Shown here one piece after another: positions 51,821 to 60,800 of a stretch of 64,000 bases of DNA. How positions within the stretch are numbered: position 1 is the first letter of the stretch; each line of letters starts with the position of its first letter. The notes under the pieces were generated by a model, which had not been told where the DNA came from, did no database searches, and saw only the letters and a program-made list of their open reading frames with translations. Source of the stretch: Candidatus Multivoradales bacterium (lineage in GTDB: Bacteria; Acidobacteriota; Thermoanaerobaculia; Multivoradales; JAHEKO01); NCBI GenBank assembly GCA_965248055.1, contig CBDFIJ010000004.1, positions 1,344,001 to 1,408,000 on the forward strand, in the 5' to 3' direction. A program made the position numbers and the translations under genes.

Positions 51821-52511
51821 GGTCTCAGTACCCGACGCTCAGCGCATGGCGCAATTCGTCGGCTACCTCAACAGCAATCTGGGACGCGAGTTGGGCAGAA
51901 TGCATGGATGGAACGGGAAGTTTTGGGATCGCCGTTATCAGGCCATCGTAGTCAGCGAAGAGGAAGCGGCTCAAGTGGCTCGACTTAAATACCTGTTGAG
52001 CCAAGGAGTCAAAGAGGGCTTAGTTAGACGTCCCACTGACTGGCCAGGTCTCCATGCTGCCAAGTTACTCCTGGCAAGAAATAGCACTCTCACAGGCCGC
52101 TGGCGCGACCGAACACGCGAGTACCACGCCAGAGGAGCAGGCAATACGCAGGTATTTATGTGTATCGAACGACTCCACCTAACGCCCCTTCCATGTTGGC
52201 GTGATCAAACTACGCTTTGGATGCGACAACGAGTTCAAGAACTCGCCGACCTAGTCTGTGAAGAGAATTCCGGCCAAATCGTTGGAAGTCTGCCCAATCC
52301 CAAACCCACCAAGCGTCCTGCCAGAATCAAGAGATCCCCAGCTCCACTTTTTCACTGTGCCACCAAGGCAGCTCGCAACGCCCTCTACGAAGCCTACTCC
52401 TGGTTTGTTGCCGCCTACAGGGATGCTTGTGAGCGACTCAAAGCTGGGCACGAAAACGCTACCTTCCCTCCGGGATCGTTTCCACCGCCCAGACCATTCG
52501 TTCCTGTCTAG
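51821..52511 (+). pseudogene. RAYT copy 4, 5'-truncated just after the HUH codons
   Basis: Near-identical to 36684-37374. Confidence 0.92.
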
Positions 52512-52760
52512 CTAATTACCGCTCGGTTTGGGCTGAACCGGCACTTAGGAGAGGTATGTCCAATCTGAGTCTCTCCCTGTCTAAGAGCTCGATCCCGGAG
52601 TCAGAGTTCCGTTCCAGTGTGATTCCGGCCACCAACTGGGGAGCGCAGATGCGCCGACAACCGAGCTTCAGGAGGTGCTTCCAGACCTCTCAATAATCGC
52701 CTGGGACCTCAGTCAGTCAGCTCAGGCGGCTCCTATCTGCCTTCCCGCACAATTCCAGAC

Positions 52761-53279
52761 CTATTTCTTCTGCATTCTACGAATTCCAGCAATCAGCGAC
52801 GTGAGGCGCGGAAACCGAACGCGATAGTACGCTCTTTCAAATTCATCGCGGTATTTCTCGGCATCTGCCTCAGAACCTCCCCCGGCACGACCGTTCAGTA
52901 GTGCCACGTGGTGGCCAATCTCGTGAAATAGCGTATCTCGAATCATTAGCGGGCGGAGTACTTTGGTCCAATAGAGCAATCGAGGATATGAGGCGAACAG
53001 ATTGTCTACAAGTATTTCAATGTGAGCGAGTTTGTGGTGTCGCGGAGCAAAATACGATCCAAGAGTGTTTTCTCGCAGATGCGTCCGTCCATGCACACGG
53101 TAAGGGGCCCGCTCCTTTCTTGATAGGGATGCCACATCTCGCAAAATGACACTCCCAAGACCCCGTGTGTACTTTTCCGGCAGCGTCACAAGCGTGCGCT
53201 CAACGACTTTCTCGACACCTCCAAAAGGGCTGGTTAGAGGGTGCCACAAGACTTTCAGGAGACGGCCTTTCTTCGACAT
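52761..53279 (-). CDS. Putative immunity protein with an HExxH motif
   Basis: TLFHEIGHH...EADAEKY; directly downstream of a tip fragment. Confidence 0.7.
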   Translation of the reverse strand: MSKKGRLLKVLWHPLTSPFGGVEKVVERTLVTLPEKYTRGLGSVILRDVASLSRKERAPYRVHGRTHLRENTLGSYFAPRHHKLAHIEILVDNLFASYPRLLYWTKVLRPLMIRDTLFHEIGHHVALLNGRAGGGSEADAEKYRDEFERAYYRVRFPRLTSLIAGIRRMQKK

Positions 53280-53306
53280 GGAGTCCACAGCCACAAGGAT
53301 TCAGCT

Positions 53307-53784
53307 CTAGGGGTCACCATCAAACGCCTTCCCGATCCCATTCCAGATTATCATCTTAGCCTTCCCCCAGCGCGAAGTCGGCGATAGGAGTTCGTCCGCG
53401 TCAGGAGCAACGCCTTTTGCGTATTTTAGTCCCCTCCCCGCCTTTCCGCTCATCTTCACGAGGTACTTCGCTCTAGCAATCTTCGCAGCTGAACGTACCT
53501 TCCCTCCGGGTAGAACGAAGGTTGCCAGCTCGCCCAGTCCCTCGGCTATTTCAGTCTGTCCATCAAAGTGGTTAATTCCGCTAGAGGCGCCGCAGCCCAA
53601 TATGTTGTCGCCAAGACAGACGCCGCCAGAAGCATTCGTCCTTACCCTTGTAGTTATAACAGTGAGTTCTTCGTTCACTGAGAATGACCCAGCGTCAAAT
53701 TTCACTCCCGAGGATTCAGCAGAATCCACCCAAGCCCAATATGCTTTGACTTCTTCAGGGCTTGCCCCCGCAAGAAACTCAGCG
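53307..53784 (-). pseudogene. Orphan toxin-tip fragment truncated by the RAYT left end
   Basis: Open frame ending GKAFDGDP*; no core or start; abuts CTCCCCTAAGTGCCAG. Confidence 0.6.
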
Positions 53785-54935
53785 CTCCCCTAAGTGCCAG
53801 CTGATTATTTGCAAGGTTGGGAACCTACGTTGCGTCTCTATCCCCATGAGCCGCCGACTTCGATTCATCCCAGCCGGTGGGGCGCTGGTAGAAATCACCT
53901 GCCGTACCTTTCAAGGGCGTTACCTCCTCAAGCCGTCTCCCGCTGTCAATCGGTGCATCCTGGGGATTCTCGGGCGGGCTCAGAGACTCTACCCCACCGA
54001 GGTCCATGCCTTTGTATTCATGTCGAATCACTACCATCTCTTGGTCTCAGTACCCGACGCTCAGCGCATGGCGCAATTCGTCGGCTACCTCAACAGCAAT
54101 CTGGGACGCGAGTTGGGCAGAATGCATGGATGGAACGGGAAGTTTTGGGATCGCCGTTATCAGGCCATCGTAGTCAGCGAAGAGGAAGCGGCTCAAGTGG
54201 CTCGACTTAAATACCTGTTGAGCCAAGGAGTCAAAGAGGGCTTAGTTAGACGTCCCACTGACTGGCCAGGTCTCCATGCTGCCAAGTTACTCCTGGCAAG
54301 AAATAGCACGATCACAGGCCGCTGGCGCGACCGAACACGCGAGTACCACGCCAGAGGAGCAGGCAATACGCAGGTATTTATGTGTATCGAACGACTCCAC
54401 CTAACGCCCCTTCCATGTTGGCGTGATCAAACTACGCTTTGGATGCGACAACGAGTTCAAGAACTCGTCGACCTAGTCTGTGAAGAGAATTCCGGCCAAA
54501 TCGTTGGAGATCCGCCCAATCCCAAACCCACCAAGCGTCCTGCCAGAATCAAGAGATCCCCAGTTCCACTTTTTCACTGTGCCACCAAGGCAGCTCGCAA
54601 CGCCCTCTACGAAGCCTACTCCTGGTTTGTTGCCGCCTACAGGAATGCTTGTGAGCGACTCAAAGCTGGGCACGAAAACGCCGCCTTCCCTCCGGGATCG
54701 TTTCCACCGCCCAGACCATTCGTTCCTGTTTAGTTGATTCCGTTCCGTTTGGGTTTTATCGGCGCTTAGGGATTGGTATATCCAGTCCGAGTTTCTCCCC
54801 GTCCAAGAGCTAAACCGCTGAGTGAAAGTTCCGTTTCGGCGTGAATGAGATCACGAACTTGACGTGTTCAAGATAGCCGTGATCAGCCCAATCAAAGAAT
54901 CCTAGATTCTCTCAATAATCGCCTGGAACCTCAGT
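53785..54935 (+). mobile_element. Complete RAYT-like element with imperfect inverted end motifs
   Basis: Left end GTGCCAGCTGATTATT, gene, 180-bp trailer, right end AATAATCGCCTGGAACC. Confidence 0.75.
53846..54733 (+). CDS. RAYT-like HUH Y1 transposase, full copy 5
   Basis: 295 aa, near-identical to 36487-37374. Confidence 0.88.
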   Translation: MSRRLRFIPAGGALVEITCRTFQGRYLLKPSPAVNRCILGILGRAQRLYPTEVHAFVFMSNHYHLLVSVPDAQRMAQFVGYLNSNLGRELGRMHGWNGKFWDRRYQAIVVSEEEAAQVARLKYLLSQGVKEGLVRRPTDWPGLHAAKLLLARNSTITGRWRDRTREYHARGAGNTQVFMCIERLHLTPLPCWRDQTTLWMRQRVQELVDLVCEENSGQIVGDPPNPKPTKRPARIKRSPVPLFHCATKAARNALYEAYSWFVAAYRNACERLKAGHENAAFPPGSFPPPRPFVPV

Positions 54936-55019
54936 CCAGCTGCCCGAGCAGACCTCTTAATAATCGCCTGGGACCTCAGTCAGTACCCCTTGACACCACG
55001 CCGCCTAATAAGTGGCACC

Positions 55020-55361
55020 TCAGTCAGCAGCACACAAGACGAAGGGCACTCCGGCGAGTACACAAACTACAAGGCCAATACCTGCAACACGACGCACCAA
55101 GCTACCGATCCGAACAAGTCTCGCCCCTAGAGCGTCGTCTTCTGCCCACATTGTATTTGCCGCACCGTCGATGAAATACGCAAATGGAACGAAAGTTCCA
55201 AACAACCATTTTGGGAAATCGCGTTTCTTCTTATATCTGAATAAGAGAACATACACTGCAGCCAACCAAACGGTTATCACAAACAAGAACTGCGTCATCA
55301 TTCCGGCAACGAAGAACACTTGGACTATCCTACATACCATTTCAGTCTCCCTCAGATGCAA
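55020..55361 (-). CDS. Putative membrane immunity protein; stop codon supplied by a junction tail
   Basis: Hydrophobic segments; starts 3 bp after the tip stop; ends in the TCAGTCAG tail. Confidence 0.65.
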   Translation of the reverse strand: MHLRETEMVCRIVQVFFVAGMMTQFLFVITVWLAAVYVLLFRYKKKRDFPKWLFGTFVPFAYFIDGAANTMWAEDDALGARLVRIGSLVRRVAGIGLVVCVLAGVPFVLCAAD

Positions 55362-55364
55362 TAT

Positions 55365-55742
55365 TTACTCACTAGAGCACGGATCACCAATGGTCCCAGA
55401 AGTAGACTCTCCGCTTGCCCATGCCGCACCAGGCGGTCCACCGGTAATGGAGACGGACCAATTGCTTTGACCAGAATAGTTGTCTTTGCTTCTCGTAAAA
55501 CCGACAGGGCCAGCCATCCATAGAGAGGTTGTTTGACTCGATCCTAGCGGTGGGCCGTGGGTGTACTGGATTCCAGCCCCTACCGCAACCCCAATTCCGT
55601 TTCCTTCAGTGCTCCGTCCAGCTAGCCCGCGCGTGCCGGCAGAGCCCTCTAAAGCGGCCCCCTTCCAGAGTCCCCCCGCTGCTGCCGCTACGAATTCAAC
55701 GCTATTATTGCAGTAGATTTCGACAATCTCTTCGAGTACCGC
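55365..55742 (-). pseudogene. Orphan Gly-rich toxin-tip fragment cut by IS256
   Basis: Open frame ending IGDPCSSE*; abuts the IS256 TIR. Confidence 0.65.
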
Positions 55743-56271
55743 GAGATATAACCAAAAGTTGTGTATGAGAGTTTGAAGGCGGCGTATCCTGAGCCCGGTT
55801 TTCAAAGCTGGGTTCAATCATCCCAAAAGGAGGACACGCCGTTGAGCAAGAGTAACGTAGTTTCAATCGATCAAGTAGAGCGTCCTGAGGACGCTCTGAC
55901 CGAGGTCTTGCGCCGAGGTTCACGGTTGCTTCTTTGCGAAGCAATCGAGGCAGAGGTGGAGAGTTTTTTGGTTGAGTACCAAGATCAACGTACGGCGGTC
56001 GGTCACCGGCGGTTGGTGAGAAACGGCTACATGCCAGAGCGGGAGATCCAGACCGGAATCGGCGGCATTTCGGTCAAAGTGCCACGGGTGCGGGATCGCC
56101 AGGGTGAGCTTCATTTTCGCTCCAATCTAGTGCCACCGTATCTGCGCCGGTCCAAGAGCATCGCGGATCTCTTGCCCTGGCTATACTTACGGGGGATTTC
56201 TACCGGGGACTTCTCACGAGCTCTGGAAGCTTTGGTGGGCCCTGAAGCGCCAGGTCTTTCGTCTTCGACGG
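55743..56271 (+). mobile_element. IS256 copy 3, left-end fragment
   Basis: Near-identical to 38892-39420; ends abruptly at a motif-A unit. Confidence 0.92.
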
Positions 56272-56727
56272 CCCGAGCAGACCTCTTAATAATCGCCTGG
56301 GACCTCAGTCAGAGCGTCACTTCCAGATCTCTCAATAATCGCCTGGAACCTCAGTCACAGTCACCGCCGGGGGAAATCTATCCCTTGACATAACCCCGCC
56401 TAATAAGTGGCACCTCAATCCAATCAGCGGTTCCGGCACCACAATCACAGAAGTTCCATTTTCGGCGTAATCTCTGCCACCAACTAGGCACTCTGAAGCA
56501 CCTACGCCGACCCCAATGCGTGATCCTAGGCCTCCAAATAATCGCCTGGCACCATTATCTCCTCTATCTCCTCTAGCCCGAGCAGACCTCTTAATAATCG
56601 CCTGGGACCTCAGTCAGTAGTAGTCTCCGTAGATCCATCTGCATAGGTTATGGTCGTGGTTTCGTGAGTTGGTTGCACCTTTCCGGCCGAGGTATCGCCG
56701 CCAAATAATCGCCTGGCACCACTATCT

Positions 56728-57030
56728 CATTTCGTCGATACATAAAGGGAAAATGTCCACCCCGGGATCACAGCCCGAAGCAGCCATCGCCAGAATCACT
56801 ATTGAACTCAAAGACATTTTTCGCAGCATTGTCCTATGCTCCATTATCAAACCGGCTACTTAGCCGTCTCCACATGGGTCACCGACGGCCTTGTCCGTCA
56901 TCTCCTCGACAGCATAGGCCTCCTGCTCCTGATGGATAGCAGCATAGGCTTGGTCGCCGGTCATTCCGGCGGCAACACCATCGAGCCAATGGTCGCCATA
57001 GTCCGACAAGAACGAGACAAGGCCCCCGAA
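56728..57030 (-). pseudogene. Remnant of a tip (56860-57030) and its lipoprotein immunity start (56844 downward), paralogous to the 38092/37610 pair
   Basis: FGGLVSF...EQEA...VGDPC versus AGGVYSF...EAQA...VGNPC; SGCDPGVDIFPLC versus CGCDRWVEFRPVC. Confidence 0.65.
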
Positions 57031-57071
57031 CGGGATCGTTTCCACCGCCCAGACCATTCGTTCCTGTTTAG
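57031..57071 (+). pseudogene. RAYT copy 6, last 41 bp plus trailer
   Basis: CGGGATCGTTTCCACCGCCCAGACCATTCGTTCCTGTTTAG. Confidence 0.9.
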
Positions 57072-57438
57072 TTGACTCCGTTTCGTTTCGGGATTTTGTC
57101 GGCGCATAGGGATTGGTATATCCAGTCCGAGTTTCTCCCCGTCCAAGAGCTGAACCGCTGAGTGAAAGCTCCGTTTCGGCGTGAATATGATCGCAACTTA
57201 ACGTGTTCAATATATCCGTGATCAGCCTGATCAAGGAATTCTAGATTCTCTCAATAATCGCCTGGGACCTCAGTCACCTATTCCGGCCACCAACTGGGGA
57301 GCGCAGATGCCCCGACAACCGAGCCTCGGAGGTGCTTCCAGACCTCTCAATAATCGCCTGGGACCTCAGTCAGTCTAGATACTGAGTGGTCTGCGTGAGG
57401 TCGCCCATATTGGACTGCGTCGACAGCCAGCCGGGGCA

Positions 57439-57840
57439 CTACAAAGATTTGAGATAATCCGCGCACCACTTGAAACCAGATATTGTTTCAAACTCGACAC
57501 TAACCTCAGGATGCTTGAAGATTGGGACGTACGCCGCTTCTTTACCAATGACCGAAACAACCACCTTTCTCCCTTCCCAATGCAAGTCACAAACCGCGAC
57601 GTAGCCAGTACGCACGAGATCGATTCTCTTACCTCGTACTCCTGCTGGTATATTTTTAGCGGTTTCCCTAAAGTCCATGATTCCAACTACATACGGCTGA
57701 TCTTCGTCGCCCGCGGAGCGCACTCGCCGAATGATGAAAGCCGCATACTGCCCGTCCTGGCTGTCAATCGAGTAAACCGGGTATTCACACGAGCAGCTTG
57801 AACAAAGTAAGAGGCATCCTAGAACAATAGATTTCATCAT
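57439..57840 (-). CDS. Cognate immunity protein candidate, lipoprotein-like
   Basis: ATGA overlap with the Rhs stop; MMKSIVLGCLLLCSSC leader. Confidence 0.75.
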   Translation of the reverse strand: MMKSIVLGCLLLCSSCSCEYPVYSIDSQDGQYAAFIIRRVRSAGDEDQPYVVGIMDFRETAKNIPAGVRGKRIDLVRTGYVAVCDLHWEGRKVVVSVIGKEAAYVPIFKHPEVSVEFETISGFKWCADYLKSL

Positions 57841-60800
57841 TGGATCCCCACACATCCACCCTTCACGTACTGCTGTCCGTTTTTGATTTGATCGTAGTCA
57901 ACTCGATTGTCGCCATATGGCGCTTCAAGTAAAGGTGTTCCCTCTTGATTGGGCTTTCCTTGAATAATCTGATCCATTCCCCCTATCTGCCCCGCTAGCC
58001 AGAGCGGTATCCCCAGTTCGCGTGTAGCTACTCCAAATGCAAAATTGCCCATAGCTGTCGCGGTAGAGTTTCCTAGACTGGGGTTGGATACTCTAAAGTT
58101 CCACTTGTTTCCTATGTCGTGCTGTGTCGGGGCCAAATTTTGAGCCGCGTTTAAGTAGGCAGCGACAGCCCCACCGGGGCCATTCTCAATATCGGAGCTG
58201 ATTTCGTTGGAGATCGCGTTCGCGCCTCCAACACTCATCCCCTCTGGCAATAGCGACTCACACCTCTTCTTGATCTTTTTCAGCATCCCAGCTGGAAGGC
58301 TCTTGCCCGATTTTTCAACTCCCCAACCTTCCTTACAAAGCGGATCGGTCAAGATGTCGCAACCGTTATCTATGCTCTGATTGAAGGTTGCATTATTGAG
58401 CGGCCGTCCAACGGTTATCGTTGAGGTGGTGTAACGTGGGGCAGTAACAATGACGTTCTCGACGTAAGTTGAATCGGTACAAAAGCCTTCTACATTCATC
58501 TGCCCGGCGGGGCACTCATCCAACCCATTGGGATCAAGCATCCGTATCGGATTCCCCAAACCATATTGATACCGATTCCAGCTTCCCCCTCTCCCTCCCA
58601 CATCCCCAAGCACTGAGTCCACCCCCATAAACCTCCCCAAATGCCCGGTATAAAACCTCGCATGCATGTAATCCATGCCCGTATCCGCATCCCTCTCATG
58701 GCCGGTAAACTTCATCACTCCATTGCCAGCCGCAGTGATCTCCTGCCCATAGGGTAGATATTCATGCTCGGAGACTTTGTTGCCCAGATCATCGGTCACC
58801 AGCCGGATACTCCCCAAATGGTCAGTATGGTAGTGCTGCTTGGTACCTGAGCCATCTTGCGTGCCGAGTAACCTCCTACCCATCCAGATGTAGTCCATCT
58901 CATGGGTCCAGTTGCCGGATTGGTCTTCACCGACCAGCTTAAAGGTAGATAACACCTGATTGCTGGGTCCGCGAATGGTGTAGTCGACTTCACGGGTGGC
59001 GATGCTCCCTTGCCAGTCGATGGTGGCAACGCGTTCCCCGGCAGAGTTGTAGATGAAGTACCAGCGACCATCTTGGCTGACCATGTTGTTGGCAGTGTCG
59101 TACTCATAACCGTCGCTGCCCCAAGTGGTCATGTTGCCGGAGGCATCATAGCCAGCCACCGAAAGGCGGTTGGTGTCTGGATTGACCGCGATGACGGTAT
59201 TGCTCCCAGTCTGGCCCGGTGGCTTGGTAAAGACGTTGGTCATATTGCCAAAGACATCGTAGGTGTAGTCCTGTTGCGTGGTGCCTCCCGTAGGATCTCG
59301 GACAAACGCTTGGGTCAAGCGGTTGATCTTGTCGTAGCGATAGAGGTCGGGAGCGATCTGGTTGGCCAATGGATCGGTAACGACAATGGTCACGATTTTA
59401 GTCTGTGCGTAGGTACTGTCACTCACGGTCAGGGTGACGTTGTAGTTTCCTGCCGAGGCGTAGGTATGCGAGGTACTCAAACCCGAGGCCCCGGTGCCGT
59501 CGCCGAAATCCCAGGTGGAGCTCAAAGCCTGACCGTTGGGGTCGCTTGAGCAGTTGCCGTCAAAAGTGATGTTCTGGCCTACTGTGGCCGAGGTCGACGA
59601 CGAGCTAAAGCACGCGCTGGGCGCTGCATTGGAGCCCGCGGCTGGGGCCTTGAACTCAACTTTCTTGATCACCACTGTCGTCGGATCGCCGTTGGTATGC
59701 CATTTGGTGAACTGTAGCCTCAAGTCGGCGTAATTGGTCAGGGCCGCTGCTACGGTGCTGGATAGGCTATAAGTATGGCGTCTCATCACCGTGTCCAGAG
59801 TGATAGTGGTCCAATTCAGCACTGTGTTATTCGGTGCCATGATGTAGAGACGCACACCTTTACTGGTGCCGTTTTCAACATTGCCGGTGAGGTACACCTT
59901 GTGGCCGCTGTGAACGCCGGGATCGGTCAACCCAGCCATGCGCACCCGGAAACTGTCGGTGACACCACTCGACTTTTGCGATTTGGTGACGTTGGTGTCG
60001 TCATCGGTCATCGACCACACCGGTGTAGGGGAAAAACCATCTAGTGACAAATCCGCCACCGGCAGGGCCAGTTGCGAAGTGAGGGTCAAAGATCCGGCAT
60101 TGGAGCCGATCGAGCCGCCGGCATTAGTCGCCACGCAGCGATAGGAGGCCACGTCCGAAGTAATGACTCCAGTGAGGGTCAGGGTCGAGGTGGAGGCTCC
60201 AGAAACACGACCACCATTGGCTAGGTCAGACCACAGGCTGGCGCTGTTCTTCTGCCACTGGTAGCTGATCGGAGCGCTGCCGGAGGCGGCACAGGAAAAG
60301 CTCGCGTTGGCGCCCGCCGCTAAGCTGGACGAAGCAGGATTCTGGCTAATCGCCGGCGGGGCGGTGCCGGGAGAAGAAACCGCATCGCCGATCTGGACAA
60401 TGTTTCCCGAGCCGTCATAGGAGTAGCTACCGGTGTTCCACAGGTTGCCGGGGTTTAAGGTGTAGAGGCGGTTGGTACGCCCATTGTTGTTGGCGTGCAC
60501 GTCGTGGAAGTCTGAGCTGCCGTTTAGATGAGGGATCTCTGACCAGGAGCCAGACGGATGATAGCTGAGATCTCCGGTCCAGTTCTTGACCCGAAGGATG
60601 CGGCCGTTGGACCAATCGGTGTCGACGACCTGACCGTCGGTTCCCAGGGAACTGCAGGATGCCTCCATACAGCGTGGATAGGTAAGCCCATCGTTGAGAC
60701 CCCAAGCGTTGGGATTCATGTTCAGCTGAAACCGCTGCCTCCCACCGGTGCGGGTGCTGTCGAGATTCGCAAAGACGTATGTCGACTTCACGCTCATCGC

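Larger units (their letters stand above)
42557..56414 (+). repeat. Dispersed motif B, CCCTTGACAYMACSCCGCCTAATAAGTGGCACC, 4 copies
   Basis: At about 42558, 49263, 54987 and 56382. Confidence 0.95.
37555..57373 (+). repeat. Dispersed motif A, AATAATCGCCTGG(G/A/C)ACC plus tail, 16 co-oriented copies
   Basis: Starts at 37555, 42361, 44991, 51397, 51442, 51796, 52692, 54914, 54959, 56288, 56334, 56537, 56593, 56704, 57253 and 57349; inverted variant at 53794-53809 and split across 35050/36441. Confidence 0.95.

Noticed and set aside
51397-57373. Closely spaced motif-A repeats as a CRISPR array
   Set aside because: Spacing is irregular (about 20 bp to several kb), the intervening DNA is copied from the island itself, and no cas genes are present
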